Shown: one piece after another, positions 12,966-26,659 of the stretch
Numbering within the stretch: position 1 is the stretch's first letter
Layout: the number at the start of each line of letters is the position of its first letter
From: Azolla caroliniana
Taxonomy: Eukaryota > Plantae > Polypodiophyta
DNA: 64,000 nucleotides
Reading direction: 5' to 3'
Assembly (NCBI GenBank): GCA_043228905.1
Contig: JBHGNT010000015.1
Span: 16,368,001-16,432,000, forward strand
Made by a program: the position numbers and the translations under genes
The notes under the pieces: generated by a model
Databases searched by the model: none
Told to the model about the DNA's origin: nothing
The model's input: the letters and a program-made list of their open reading frames with translations, nothing else

Positions 12966-14532
12966 ACTTGAGTAGATGTTACATGCTATCTTGTCGTATC
13001 TTATCATGCATATCCACAATGGATTCTATTATAGCAATCAGCTTGATTCCACATTGCTTGTTATCTCATCATGACATGAAATCAATTATTGGACTACCTA
13101 CTAACTTCATATCCAATATGGACCTAATTCTTGCCATGCACAACTTTATGAAAATCATTAAAACATGATTACACAAGGTATGACTTACGCAAAACTACTA
13201 ATAAATGGTTATGCATTTTCCACAAAGTATGGTTTCTTATTAAGAATATGTACATATTTGCATGTATGTGTTTCGTACAAATATGTGACAATAATCAAGA
13301 AATGTTTTTTTTATATAAATAGTATATCCACAATTCATTTCTCTCTAATTTGCAAGTAAGCGTCGGTCTCCACAAACATCAACTTAGTCTTTGACAATGG
13401 TTAATGATTGTGCATCATCTTAAGGGCAAGCTTTAAGGATTTGCTTAATCATTTAGAATTGATTCGCCTATCTTTGGTTGCCACTAGACAACTCAAAATC
13501 ATTGCGAACATAAATTATTTCCATGTTGCAAATGTCTATAGCATAGAAAGAGCTAGAAGTTTAAGAGACATGCATGGTTTAGTAGTCCAAGTAACTTTGT
13601 CTCTTTCGTGTTCTCGTCAAACGTTGCCATTCCAAAGTTCCTTAGGGATTGATTCATCTTGTGTAGATTGACTAAGGCCAAAAATCTTAGAGTTGGTAAA
13701 GCATCATGCTTTTCACATGATTTCGCATTATTTATTTCAACACTCTTAATTTGGGTACCGTTAGGTATTGTTATCAACAACCTTCCTCAATTGAAAAAAA
13801 TATTCAACTACTAACACTTGAAAATGTTGTTGTCAAGGTTTCAATGCTTCAATGAATCTCTTGAGTTGAGAGACATTTCCAATGCCATGAGGTTAGATTG
13901 CTTTCCTTGAAGAATGGTTAGTTTCAAGGCCACTCCTTGGTTGCCATCATTTGTTAGTTAGTTTTTCTATTAGAAGTAATTGCTTCCGAGATTTAAGCAT
14001 TTTTTAAGTAAAGTCAAAAGTAAGGTTAGGCAATTGTTACTTGCTAGCAATGATCATGGTATAATATACACACTTCAAAGAAGTGAAGCAGGAAAGGGGA
14101 AATCAAGAGGAATTTATTATGGGTTTTGTATTACTACGCATATTACTAGCATAGTTTTTTGTAGTTATATAGATAGGTAAATAGTGTTATGTATTTACCA
14201 ACATAAAGCTAATAAATGTCATTGTTTGCATCAAATCAAGGTTATGTGGAGTTGAACCATGAATATTTTCAATCAAAGTAAAATTGAGGTAAACATTAAG
14301 ATTAGTAACCTAATGTATTTGGGCATCTTTAATTTGGAAGCCTAAATATGTTCTATACTTCAAGTCACCAAGTTGTATCAATATTTGCTTGCTTGGGAGT
14401 AGATGAGCATCTAATTTGTTCATATAATCCCTTTGTAATTATAGTTGGGCTGCATGTACGTGAAAAAATCTCCAAAAATACTCATCAAATTGTATTGGTT
14501 GCAAACAATTGTATAAGAATATTAGATGAAAG

Positions 14533-14913
14533 TTTTGGCATCATTACATTGGTTGTTGATTAGCAAGTTGCAAACACACATAGTGACATAACTATTAGAT
14601 AGTGGACATGCATAAGAGCAGGAGTACTACATATAGGGAAGACCTCAATGTTGTCAAACCATTCTAACTCAAATTTTGAATGGATACTGAGCTAGAAATG
14701 AAAAATAGGGATTAGGTTGCATCTTTGGCATTATTACTTTGGTTGTTGATTAGCAAGTGGCAAACACACATCACTATTAGATAGTGGACAAGCATAAGAC
14801 TAGGAGTACTACATATAAGGAAGACCTCGATGTTGTCAAACCATGCTAAATCAAATTGTGAGGGGTTGAAGCCAACAACAATATTGAGCTAGAAATGATA
14901 AATAGGGATTAGG
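14533..14913. repeat. ~190-bp tandem duplication
   Basis: tttggcat.attac.ttggttgttgattagcaagt.gcaaacacacat...tgagctagaaatga.aaatagggattagg occurs twice. Confidence 0.88.
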
Positions 14914-17399
14914 AATTTTACTATAAATTAGACAAATAAAAGGTACAAGATAACATTGGAAAAATGTGTTGAACAAGAGGAATGTAATATTATAGCTTTT
15001 ATTCTTCTTGTTTATAATAAATTTGCTTTCCCATATTTTCCTTTTCAGATTTAGTATTGTTTTGGCTTAGGCATCTCATTCTATGAGCTATAATGGTTTG
15101 AAAGGCTTATCATTTCTATATATAGCATCCTTAGACCTACACATGATCACTACCAAATATCTAATATATATTCGTCATTTAATTATCATACATAATTTAT
15201 TATGTAAATTACCCAAGGTCTATGATTTTATCTACTTGGTCATGACTCATGGGTATGAATCTCATTGAGATGTGTGACAAAGTGATAAAAAGTTTAAGTT
15301 TATTAATGATTTATGGACTCCAAGTTAAAAAAGTGAACTACTATGGTTTTGAGAATGGGCTTATCATATCATCCTCACCTCGATGGCCAAAATGAATGAG
15401 TCAATCGATTTATTAAGGATATTTGAGTCTAAGTTGTAAAGAAGCCAACCATATGGGAACAATGTCTCCCTTTTTATTCAAGTTTGCTCATAACAACTCT
15501 AAAACATATTGTTGAATAATTCTCAGCTATAAGCTCTACCCTTTGTGTTAATTTTCTTTTGGATTATATTGGAGGATACATTGGACATTTTGAAGGATAT
15601 GCAATAAATGTTGCATATAAACAAAATACCAACATTGCAAAGATTGACCATGTTTTTATATTGATCATTATAAGCATCAACATCCTTTCATCTATAGCTA
15701 AAAGGTATTCTTTCATGTGCCTCAAATTTCCAAAACTTTATCCTTGGAAAGTGTGGTAAATTAACCCTATGTTGCATTTTGACTTCATCGATCATCATCA
15801 TCCCCTCCCCCCCAATCATCATTCTTTTCTCCACTACCATCATTGTGCTAAAATCCCCTTTCATCCCTATCATCATTTCCCCTCTCTTCGACATCATTTT
15901 TCACATCCACATCCATTATGTCAACATCAACATCTATTACACCCTCATCCACATCTTTCCTAACCACATCATTACAAAACCCTACCAAAATGAAGGCATG
16001 GTAGGATCCAAGTTCCCTATAAACTTTACCTTACACTGACTTTCAATCATGTGAGCATTGAACATTGTGTTTCAGAAAAGTAGACGAAGAGTGTATACAA
16101 GGCATATGTGGAGGTCACCATGAAACTAATGGAACTAATAGACATTTGCTTGCTTGATGGAGCACGATTCCTTTTTATTTTTGTCGAAGAGGTGGCAAGG
16201 TAAGTTTTTTTATGCTCCTTGATGATGAAGGGAAAGCTATTTGAGAAGTTCAAGGTGTGGTTGGTTATTATGGAGATAGAGAAGGTTTTGGAGGTGAAGA
16301 TTCTTTGGTCAAAGAATGTTGGGGATTTCAATTTCGATACATCTAGGATGTTTTATGAAGATGGAGGAATCTAGTGAGAGGTGATGACCCCATACACTTG
16401 GATGTAAAATAGTTGTGGAAAGCAAATGAATGAAGTGATCTAGGATAGGGATGTTGCAACACAAACAACCCAATTGCAAGTTTTGGATGGAAGTTGTTTT
16501 GATTACTATCGATGCCATATAGCTCTTCATGAGCAAGCCAAAAGGTTCAAAGGTAGCCTAAGAGCTATGGATTGAAAAAGCAATGTACCACCATCACATG
16601 CCAAAATTCGTTTGTGAAGTGTGTGTCCATGTACCTAAGCAATTGTGTTAGATGTTGAACCCAAAGTCAAGAAAAAGTGCGTTTTTTTATATGGGCCCAC
16701 CCATGTTATCTCAAGCTGTAAGACTTCAGTTATTACAACCCAACATGTGGTGGAAAGCACTCACTATTTTCAGCTTCATCCATACATCTTCAATATTTTT
16801 TGTATGCATGTGTCTGTTTTTCGTGCTCGATGTCAAACAAGTTCCTTTTGCTTGCTCATAGCAATGAAGACCTAGTTCAACAATGTCTCTTGTTAGTTGG
16901 ATGGGAAAACACATTCCATGTGTGACACTTCCACCATGGTTCACTATTATGCATCTTCATTTGTATTGTATGTAGTACATTTTTGGGGTGGGCATGCCAT
17001 GGTGTCATGGATGTGGACATTTTAATAAGGTGAGGCATTGGCATGGGGATCCACATGCCTCTCAAATTCAAACATTCGAGCTATGGGATAAAAAGAAATT
17101 GTATTGAGATGAATTCGTATCATCATCTATTGTTTTGGTTTGATGAGGGCATACGAAGAGTATACATCGAGATGTACAATTTGAGCGCATGAGGAGACAC
17201 GAGATGAACTGGAGGATGCCCAAAAACCTAGAAATGAAGTCAGTTTTTGCAACAATCTAGACAATAGCAAAGATTATGGCTCATGTAGGGAGGATGGCAA
17301 AATACAGCCACAAAGGTCAAGTCCCTTGAAGTCAAATCAACATTTGAGTCCCTTGAAGTCAAGGTCAAGCCATCACAATGCAAACATCAAACCTTCTTA

Positions 17400-19450
17400 G
17401 CCTCATTGACAACCACCTTCTAGCCGGACTTGCACCTCTCTGTAGTCTTTCGGTGTGGGATTTGGAAGTGTTTGGGGAGTTGCCAATAAGTTCTTGTGAA
17501 ATGTCAATTTTTGTTGCTCTTTTCACACCAATTTATTGCTTCTAACTTGTGGATCTTGTGCCTACCTCTTTGGTTGATTTTGGTGCACCTAAACCATACC
17601 ACTTTTCCTCCATTCGGCCATTTGTTGCAGACAATCCTCAACAACAACCTTGTGGAAGGATCCTAACCCTTGTTGGAGCATTTGAATAACTTCCTCGGTT
17701 GTTTGTAATTGAGGCTTCCATGATTCCATATGTATTGGTTTTGCCTTCTCTATAGTTGGTTCTGCTTGTCTCCACTTAGGTTTTTGTGATATCATCAATT
17801 TGTATTTGGACCACATGATCTATAAATGGTAACGACCCATATAATGATGGCCTATGCCTCTCAATGCTTACATTTACTTGCAAGGTCTTGGCAATCACAA
17901 TATGAGCATTGGAGCGAGATGTTATACCATAGCGTCGTCATGTTCAATGAATATTCTAAACTAATATTGGGCCTCATCCACAATAAGCATTATGTTGGTA
18001 TCAGTCACATACCTATCGAGTATCCTCTTGGTTGCTTCAAGTCTTGACCTTTAATTCCTACAATTTGCATGGGGTGCAAATCTACCACTCTACATATTTC
18101 TTGTCGTTGCATGTACCATTCTATGATGGTCCCTCCGATGCAAGTGTTGGTTTCATTGTCCCTAATTAAGACATGCACAAGATTGGTAATAGATCGGTTT
18201 ATTCTTCCTCTCAAGGAAGTGTACTTGATAAATTGGCAATGTCTCTCCATAATATTGGTTGTGTTAGCATGTCCGTAGTTGAATAACCTATCAAACTTGG
18301 GCCATAGATTCCTCCACACACAAATCAGGCCACACCATCCTCCTTCTAATATTGCCACACACTAGGTTTGTCCACATATTCTACTATTAACTCCTCACAC
18401 ATAACATTGAAGGCGGTTTGCGTAATGCAATGCATGAGTTGGCACATCCATTGATATCTGATGTGGTTTCTCTCGGCAACACTTTGGGCAACAAGTTATC
18501 CACCCATGATTTTTTTAGCATGGAACTGCCACAACAAAATGCGAGAATGTGTTTGTGAGCGTTGCCCATTTGCAACAATCCAACATTGACGGTCCTAAGC
18601 AACCACATTAGATATGTCAGTGTATGATTTCCATCATTTATCAATGACTATTGCATTTGGCCTCACCGTGGGCATCCTTGAAAATATGACTTTCAAGCAA
18701 GTTCCTAATGCAAATTGCTCATTATTTGACCCCTCATCCGGAGTACAAATCATGTACCATAGGGGGATCCTAGTTCCTATGGCGTTTGGGGCAACAACTA
18801 CATATAATGACAACCCGAACTGATTTGTTTTAAATGTGGATTTGATTACCCAAGAACTGTTTTGCAACAACTACCACATTTCCAACATTGGACATTGATC
18901 TTGAAGTATCAAGATAAATGGTTGCCCAATTGAAGATCCATTTGGACAAGGAAACTATAGTTTGACATGAGCCACTTCCCTAGATCTGGGAGTGCATAAA
19001 CATCTTGCATCATCAATGACCAATCAACTTTTGACAATGTACTTCCGATTTTCAATGTGTTAGACATTTTATGCACCTCCTTTGGTATCATAAAGCAATG
19101 CTATGATCGCGAAGATCATTCGTCCAATGTTTCTTTAACTCTTTAAGAGTCCGTGACAAAGGGTGATGCCATGTGATGCCAATAATACCTCCCTCCATTT
19201 CTCTACTGTATAACTTACTTGAAGATTATATGATGCCTTAAGGTAGATTGCATTCTCATTCCTAGCATGAGTCGACTTTTCATGTGCCTATGTGTTAAGA
19301 GGTGCACCCTTTATGACATCTTTTAATGCTTCAATCGAGACCTTAACTAGTCTCGATAAATCTTTAACCATCAAATCATACATACCTCTTGTGAACACAA
19401 AATACTTAGGGGAATAAATAATACATGAAGGGATTCACCACCTCGTCCGC
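17400..19450 (-). pseudogene. Decayed Mutator-like (MULE) DDE transposase with SWIM zinc finger
   Basis: Ordered motifs across frameshifts: I(D>K)STFKTNQFGLSLY (~18845), PNAIVIDK (~18640), degenerate CxxH (ILLWQFHAKK, ~18530), HANTTNIMERH..IKY..L (~18260) and SWIM CDCQDLASKCKH (17864-17899). Confidence 0.75.
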
Positions 19451-20007
19451 CCGTTCGGATGCAGAAGGCTCTTGTCTTCCTCGTATATAAATGATGTTTT
19501 AGAATATGATTATGTTTCCTCCAAATTTTCTTTCTAACCTTGCAAATATGAAATCAACATTTCCCAACGTGATTGCAATCAACAAGTAGGATGTTTGGGT
19601 GATAGTGAGTGATTATTCTATGTATAAAATGATTATTCTCTTTGATAAAAAGTGATTATGCTATGTATAAAATGATTATTCTCTCTAAAAACCACGCCAA
19701 CATGATCATTAATTTGATTGTTAATTGGACCATTGGAAAACAATCATTATAGGTAGTTCGCAAAAATCCGTCATTTTGGTTAGGCTATTGATTAATGAGT
19801 TGAGCACTTGCCTTTGATTAGAGCTCCTTCAAGTGAGTTGGGCTCATGTCTTTTTGTCATGAGCCAAATTATTCCGACTCGGGCTCCTACCTTTTAATTA
19901 GGCTCTTGGCCAATATGGGGTAGTGGCAACATTTGACAAACTCTAGGAATATTTTGATCACCGGATTCATCGACATTTCAAAATACCATATATACACTTT
20001 GACACCA

Positions 20008-20283
20008 TATTCCAAAATTTGAATCACATATATACCTCATGCTCCTTTTCAAGAGACTTGGATGGAAATGAAACTAGGCCTAACACAAAGCCATTTCCTT
20101 TCTAGAACATGTTATACACCATAACATGTTTTGTACAATACTATAACTCTTTTAGCTTAAGTTCTATTTTATTTTATTTTTACTTTCGATGATTGGGTAA
20201 ACACCCCTTTTAGTTGTAAAACAATTGTCTCATGGGCAAATTTTGGTCTTAGAAGACGCTAATATATCTTTCTTTCTTTCTTT
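20008..20283 (+). mobile_element. Short 3'-end copy of the CTTT-tailed LINE family
   Basis: Homologous to 29130-29359, including the ORF end (gagacttgg.tggaaatga), the 3' UTR and the (CTTT)n tail. Flanked by an 11-bp duplication CTTTGACACCA (19997-20007 and 20284-20294). Confidence 0.85.
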
Positions 20284-20649
20284 CTTTGACACCAATCACC
20301 ATATGTACACTTTGACACCACATATAAAATGCTTCAAAATTTGTTTCCTCATTCATATAAATCGACAATACAACAAATGTTGAATATATCATGTACAAAT
20401 GGTTGATATACAAAATGTTCTTACAATGATTATACACCGATTATACAAAAATGGGATGACTAGCACAATAGTTTAAGATATCGAAAAAACCCTAAAACCT
20501 AGCGTGCCCATTTCGCCATAGTCTTCTGAAGGAGCTCCACGTCTTCGTGACCGAATCAATGCTCAAAACCATGCACCAAAATAACTCTAAGAACCAATGC
20601 TCAAATCCAAGTTTGGGCCATACTTATAAAAACGGGATATTGGAATCCT

Positions 20650-21035
20650 TGAATGAACTCCTCAACTAACATTCGAATTGTCCGCATCACGTAATAGCCG
20701 CAATTGGTCCCATTGGGCTATGTTCGGATGTGCATTTTGTGATGTCTTCCTTTAGTTATGATACAATGGTGTTGTGGTGCACTACAAATTTGACATACAA
20801 CCACATTTGCCAATGTCTTCAAGGTGCAGGTCGCCAAATTATTCAATGAATCGTAAATGACTACAGGGTTGGTCACCTTATGAGCATCCACGTCGGTTGG
20901 TTTGTGTTGCATATCCAAAGCACCCAATGGCCCGAGTGCAATGTGGGTATCAAGACATAATCTTGCTCAAGCACACGACAAAGGATTTTGACCACCTTGG
21001 AGCTTTGCTTACCAAGTTGCATCCAAAGTGGATCG
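20650..21035 (-). pseudogene. Ulp1/C48-type cysteine protease domain remnant of a DNA transposon (C-terminal part)
   Basis: Minus frames give DPLW...QDYVLIPTLHSGHWVLWIC (His), VVIYDSL (Asp) and *PNGTNCGYYVM (oxyanion Gln codon mutated to TAG, catalytic Cys). Upstream parts continue at 21788-22164, 27614-27999 and 29369-29620. Confidence 0.7.
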
Positions 21036-21787
21036 TGTTGGAATTTCCTCCCTTTGATTCGTGAGAAAGACCGAGTGTGGGATAGACAGTATCGAGGAAA
21101 AATAGAAAAAACAACAAATGCACAGTTTTACATGGAAACCCTAAACGAGGAAAACTATGGGAGAACAGATCTTCACTATACAGTGGATATACAAGACGAT
21201 GAGATTACAACACTCTCTCATCGCAGAGTGTAAGAGCCTCACAGGGCTCTTGACGTCTAAGCTCACTCAGTTGTGGCGTCGTTCCCTCTCACACTCTCTC
21301 TTCTCTGTCGCGCCATACCACAGAGGCTCACTCACAACTTTTCTGTTCTACACACACACACATAGAGCTACAACACTATGTTTTGCCCTAACTGTATTTA
21401 TATTTATACATAGTATGAGCTATTTACAAATGTAGTTCCTACTACTATCGTTACTATTATTATACTAATAACTGTATCAGTCAATGAGTCGACTAGTTGA
21501 CTAGTCAATTCGACTAGCCGACTCTTATGTCGACTATCCAGTCGGCCCGACTAGTCGGCCTTATCGTCAACCATCCGATTGGCCCGACTAATTGGTTGTG
21601 TCTTTGACTTGGATCACTTGTAGACTGTTGACTCTCCATGTTGACCCTCCCTCAGTCGACTCACCATGATCTCGACTGTCGGCTCTTGGCCCGACCATTT
21701 AGCTACTCCATATCATCGACTGTCAACTCTCAGTTTGACGAGTCGGCTCCTCCCATAGGAGGGACATAATAGATTGACAATCCAATA
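21036..21787 (-). mobile_element. Solo LTR (copia-type) inserted in the Ulp1 remnant
   Basis: TGTTGGA...TCCAATA termini and an internal ggaaaccct...ggaaaac.a.ggga motif shared with LTRs at 38532, 39829 and 42733. It interrupts the Ulp1 reading frame. No intact TSD. Confidence 0.6.
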
Positions 21788-22169
21788 CCTTTTAGAGACC
21801 TCTTAGGGCAATGTGTATTCCATCCACATGTTGAATAGGGTCATCGTTTATGTGGATGCCATCGCCCCCACTTGGCACAATGACCTGAAATCAACATCAA
21901 CCACGAACACCGCTAGATCTAATCTTTGACATGGAAGTTGGAACCTGTTTTTTAGACCAGAATCAACATGTATCACAAAACAGGGAACACAATTAGGTCT
22001 AGTGTAGAAAATAACTTTTTCCAAAACACAGGCATACTTGGCTAACATATTACTGGTTTTCATGTCCCGTGATTGCGTGGCTTTCCCAAATCCAATGTGA
22101 ACAATTCCAACATTTGGAGCTTCCTCATTAGAATAGGATGTAATCTCCTAACATTGGTCGGGTCCACCT

Positions 22170-22452
22170 TGTTGGAAGCAATGTCGTCTGTGCGGAAGAT
22201 CTTGAAGCACTCGATTCCTGTTTATTCCCTGTGTATGACAGAATGTAGGTCGTTGCACAGAGAGAGAGAGAGAGAGACACACACAAAAGACTCTTTATTG
22301 CATAAACAAAGAATACAACAACCAACCTCACAAAGAGGTTACAAGGTCACTATATATAGTGACCGACTTAGGGCAACTACCCTTTATGCTAATTACATAA
22401 ATGGCCGAGACGGGATGGTGTGAATACGTCCATTATACACATGTATTCGACA
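22170..22452 (-). repeat. 3' LTR of the intact copia element
   Basis: Direct repeat of 27324-27608. Confidence 0.95.
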
Positions 22453-22645
22453 CTCCCCCGTAATGGGCGTATACATGGGTTATCTAAGATTACAGGTATA
22501 GACTTAGGTTCTCGGACATATCAGCTTTGTTCGAGTCGGCAGGATCCGAAGACAGAAGACCGAACTGGTCGGGTCGGAACAGTTGAGGCCGATCATTAAG
22601 GAGCTGATGTCGGTTGTCGGGAACCATCCTGCTCTGTGTCCGGCT

Positions 22646-25600
22646 CTAACCGGACTGGTTTGTCGTTACGCCCATCTGATGCCGAAGAGACCGAAAACGG
22701 TCTGCCGAGAGACATTTGGTCATTCCATCTGCGACATTATCGGTTGTAGATATTTTCTCTAGACCGATTTTCCCTGAAATGACGCAGTCCCGAACGAAGT
22801 GATATCGAACGTCGATATGTTTGGAGGCGTTGTGGTGAACCGGATTTTTCGACAAGGCAACAGCACCTTGACTGTCGCTGTAGACAACTGGAGCCGAGTC
22901 ATGTTCGACTTGTCGAAACGTGTGCGCCAGCCGACCGAGCCACAAAGCTTCTTTTGCTGCGTCGGACGCGGCTACATATTCTGCTTCGGTCGTTGAGGTC
23001 GCTGTGCACTCCTGAAGTTTCGACTTCCACGAGATTGCTCCATTGCCGAATTTGAAGCAGTATCCGGTTGTTGATTTCCGACTGTCTATACAGCCGGCGA
23101 AGTCCGAGTCGGTGTAACCGACTACGCCTGAGGTTCGGTTCGGACCGAAAAGAATGCCATGGTCTTTTGTGCCAACCAGATATCTGAACACATGCTTGAC
23201 TGCGTTCCAATGCGATCGGCCAGGGTTGTGCATAAATCTGCTAACGACTCCTACGGCGTGAGAAATATCAGGCCGTGTCGCGACCATCAGGTACATAAGG
23301 GAGCCGACTGCCGGTGCATACGGTACCGACTTCATATCTTCCCCCTCCGGGCCGGATGTCGGGCAGTCTCGCTGAGAGAGCCGAAGATTCATTGGGAGCG
23401 GGGTTGAAGCAGATTTGGCTGATTGCATGTTGAAGCGTTCCAAGACACGTCCGATATAGTCGGTCTGAGACAAAAAAAGATGTCGTTTATCGCGATGCCG
23501 ACTGATCTTCATGCCAAGGATGTGTCGTGCCGGACCGAGGTCCTTCATGGCAAACTTCAACCGCAGTTGCCGAACGAGATCGGCAAGTTCGCCCGCGTGG
23601 CGTCCAGAAATTAGCATGTCGTCCACGTAAATGATGAGGAAGATGGGTGAACCATCTTGAGCTGTGTTGGTGAAGAGACAATGGTCCTCATCGCTTTTGG
23701 AGAAGCCGATCGATTGGATGAAGTCGTCGAACTTCTTGTACCATTGTCGCGGTGCCTGTTTGAGGCCGTATAGACTCTTCCTGAGTCGGCAGACTAGATG
23801 TTCTTGGCCAGTTGCCACGAAGCCTTTTGGCTGCTCCATATAAATTTCCTCCTCGAGATCACCATGGAGGAAGGCTGTTTTGACATCTAGCTGAATCAGC
23901 TCCAAGTTGTCGGCTGCCACGACGCCGAGCAGAAGACGAAGGGTTGTCATTTTCACCACTGGTGAAAAAATCTCGTCGAAGTCGACGCCATATTCTTGTC
24001 GGAAGCCCTTCGCAACTAATCTGGCCTTGTACTTTGGGGTGGTCGAATCAGACGTCTCTTTTAGTCGATAAACCCACTTGCAAGGAAGAGCACGTCGGTT
24101 CCTAGGTAATTCGACCAGATCCCAAGTCTTGTTTGCCCGGATGGAGTGCATTTCCGACTCCATCGCCAGATGCCAGGTGGCCAAATCGACAGATGTCGAT
24201 GCTTCTTCGTAAGACGTCGGTTCGCCAGCGTCGGTGAAGAAAATTCCAGGAGAATACCTCTCCGGAGGTTGCGACAGTCTCTCGGATCGTCGAGGTATGA
24301 TTGGACTGGTCGCATCGGGTATCGTGGTCGGATGGTCCGAAACCGAATCATTCGGCTGTGCCGAGTCAGAGTTGTCCGAGTCGGTAGTATAAGGTTCAGC
24401 TACCCGTGAAGCTGACCGTGTGTTGAGAGCGGGGCCTTCTTGAAGGGTCGGCACATCGGAGAATGTTACCCTTCGGACTTCGATCGGTTTGTCGACCGAT
24501 GGATTCATAGCCGACTCGTTGAACACAACGTCCGAACTTCGAACGATTTGTCTGCGTTCGGGGTCCCAGAGTCGGTATCCCATTTCGCCGTCGGATCCAT
24601 AGCCAAGGAAAATGCATTTCCTGGACCGAGGTGCAAGTTTTCGGCGATCATCTTTCGGAATGAGGGCGTACGCCTCGCATCCGAAGATCCTCAGCTTGTC
24701 GTAATTCGGCTTGCTGCCGATCCATAGTTCCTGAGGAATTTGAAGTCCTAGAGGTCTACTTGGCGACATATTGATTATGTGTACTGCCGTGAGTAGAGCC
24801 TCTGCCCAGAAGCCATCCGACAGTCCGGAGTGTTGGAGCATGGAAACTATCCTTTCTTGGATTGTCCGATTCATTCGTTCAGCAATCCCGTTTTGCTCCG
24901 GACTGTGTGGTGCCGTAAATTCACGTCGGATGCCGCGTTGTCGGCAGAATTTGACGAATTCATCGGATTTGAACTCTCCCCCATTGTCTGTCCTAAGGCA
25001 TTTCAGCTTTCGGTCGGTTTGATTTTCTATCATAGCGAGCCAATCGGTGAAGATCGAGAAGACCCGATCTTTGGTGCGAATTGGATAAGCCCACACCTTT
25101 CGAGTCGAATCGTCAATAAAAGTGACGAAGTAAGAGGCACCGCCAAGAGACTGATGCGGCATTGGGCCGCAGACGTCCGAGTGGATCAAATCGAGAGGTC
25201 TTGTTTCTCTTGGTGCTGATGTCGGGTGTGATGCGGCTGCTTGTTTGCCATACTGGCAATGCTCGCAGAATTGATGGTCGGAGAAGGAGAGTTTGGGGAT
25301 GTATCCGGCTCTAGATAGATGCGTGATGCCGGCCTTGCTGAGGTGTCCTAATCTTCGGTGCCATAGTGATGACACAGGAATATCCACCAAGAACAGGTTA
25401 CCCTCTCTGAGTGTAACATGTAACGGATACAGTGAGTGTATCTTGGGTCCTCTAGCAAGCAGGAGGTTCCCCCTGTGGAGTGTCCACCCTCCCGAAGAAA
25501 AACCGGCACGAATGCCGTCTTCATCTAGTTGTCCGACTGAGATCAATGGCCTTGAGAGCTCGGGTACATGTCGGACATTGTGGAGTACAAGTGTAGAGCC

Positions 25601-26659
25601 ACCTGCAAGGTTGAGCTCTACTGTGCCGATTCCGATGATGTCACAGTGTTGCGAGTTACCAACCCGAACTGAGTCGGAGTGACGGATCGTGTATTGCCGA
25701 AATTGGGATCGATGAGGAGTCACGTGAAATGACGCGCCCGAATCTAAGAGCCATGTGCTCGATTCTTCAGTCGTGAGTAGAACTTCTGATCCGACTGGAT
25801 TTTCGATTGATAGTATATTCGGGTCGTCCGGTAGTACGTCAGCTGAGAAGCTGACGTAATTGATCTCCTCATGCCGGCCACTCTTCTTGTTGTTCTTGTT
25901 CTTCAGTGCGCGGCAGTCGGCTTTGATGTGTCCGGGTTTCTTGCAATAGTTGCAGATTCGGTTGTCCCGTGACTGGCTCCGTCTTCGCTGATTGTTCGGC
26001 GGTCGTGAGGAATCTCTTCCTCGTATGTTCGATCGGTCTGTCGAACCTTGTACTACGTAAGCGTCGTCTGTTGAGTCTTTGGCGAAAGACTTTCTCCGAG
26101 CTGCTTCGGTCAGGATTGCGCTCGTGACTTCGGAGTATTTAACAGCCGTGGTTGACGCGTTGCACACGGTTGTAACGAAAGTTTCCCATGATGAGGGAAG
26201 GCTGCTCATGAGTATCATTGCTCTGAGTTCATCCTCGATTGCCGTCCCCTGTGACGAGATTTGGGAGCTTATGCTTTCGTACTCATTGAGGTGTGCTTGG
26301 ACCGAGTCGGATTCTTTCATCCGCAAGTTGTAGAGGCGCCGGATCAGAAACATCTTCGTTGCGGCGACCTTCTTTTCGTAAGTGTCCGACAGTGTTTTCC
26401 ACAGTTCGAATGCTGTCATACACGATTGCACCGTGAAGTATACCGATTCCGATAGGTGCATCCGAATCGTGGCGCGGACGATTCTGTCCAGCTTCTGCCA
26501 CTCAATTGGTTTGTATCCTTCTGGAGGTTCTTCATTTTCGATGGGATCGATTTGCCCCTTGACTATGAGATAGTCCTGCATTTGTTCCTTCCAGAAGTTG
26601 AAGTTCGATCCATCGAACTTGCGTAGACTCATTTCTGACGAGCCGGATGTTGATGCCAT
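22646..26659 (-). CDS. Copia Gag-Pol polyprotein (Gag, zf-CCHC, protease, integrase, RT, RNase H), ~1337 aa
   Basis: CNYCKKPGHIKADC, WLLDSGAS, HRRLGH..CEHC, HSDVCGP/DNGGEF/NGIAER, YVDDM, GYTDSDFAG and KHIDVRYHF in copia order. First ATG at 26659 (the ORF track starts at an upstream TTG). Confidence 0.96.
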   Translation of the reverse strand: MASTSGSSEMSLRKFDGSNFNFWKEQMQDYLIVKGQIDPIENEEPPEGYKPIEWQKLDRIVRATIRMHLSESVYFTVQSCMTAFELWKTLSDTYEKKVAATKMFLIRRLYNLRMKESDSVQAHLNEYESISSQISSQGTAIEDELRAMILMSSLPSSWETFVTTVCNASTTAVKYSEVTSAILTEAARRKSFAKDSTDDAYVVQGSTDRSNIRGRDSSRPPNNQRRRSQSRDNRICNYCKKPGHIKADCRALKNKNNKKSGRHEEINYVSFSADVLPDDPNILSIENPVGSEVLLTTEESSTWLLDSGASFHVTPHRSQFRQYTIRHSDSVRVGNSQHCDIIGIGTVELNLAGGSTLVLHNVRHVPELSRPLISVGQLDEDGIRAGFSSGGWTLHRGNLLLARGPKIHSLYPLHVTLREGNLFLVDIPVSSLWHRRLGHLSKAGITHLSRAGYIPKLSFSDHQFCEHCQYGKQAAASHPTSAPRETRPLDLIHSDVCGPMPHQSLGGASYFVTFIDDSTRKVWAYPIRTKDRVFSIFTDWLAMIENQTDRKLKCLRTDNGGEFKSDEFVKFCRQRGIRREFTAPHSPEQNGIAERMNRTIQERIVSMLQHSGLSDGFWAEALLTAVHIINMSPSRPLGLQIPQELWIGSKPNYDKLRIFGCEAYALIPKDDRRKLAPRSRKCIFLGYGSDGEMGYRLWDPERRQIVRSSDVVFNESAMNPSVDKPIEVRRVTFSDVPTLQEGPALNTRSASRVAEPYTTDSDNSDSAQPNDSVSDHPTTIPDATSPIIPRRSERLSQPPERYSPGIFFTDAGEPTSYEEASTSVDLATWHLAMESEMHSIRANKTWDLVELPRNRRALPCKWVYRLKETSDSTTPKYKARLVAKGFRQEYGVDFDEIFSPVVKMTTLRLLLGVVAADNLELIQLDVKTAFLHGDLEEEIYMEQPKGFVATGQEHLVCRLRKSLYGLKQAPRQWYKKFDDFIQSIGFSKSDEDHCLFTNTAQDGSPIFLIIYVDDMLISGRHAGELADLVRQLRLKFAMKDLGPARHILGMKISRHRDKRHLFLSQTDYIGRVLERFNMQSAKSASTPLPMNLRLSQRDCPTSGPEGEDMKSVPYAPAVGSLMYLMVATRPDISHAVGVVSRFMHNPGRSHWNAVKHVFRYLVGTKDHGILFGPNRTSGVVGYTDSDFAGCIDSRKSTTGYCFKFGNGAISWKSKLQECTATSTTEAEYVAASDAAKEALWLGRLAHTFRQVEHDSAPVVYSDSQGAVALSKNPVHHNASKHIDVRYHFVRDCVISGKIGLEKISTTDNVADGMTKCLSADRFRSLRHQMGVTTNQSG

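Noticed and set aside
13400-17300. AT-rich, faintly coding-like minus-strand sequence downstream of the MULE transposase
   Set aside because: Probably old transposon sequence, but I could not read any convincing motif, so it is left unannotated.
22799-26573. Numerous short ORFs overlapping the copia polyprotein
   Set aside because: Expected shadows of a GC-rich coding sequence; no independent evidence for an antisense or env-like gene.
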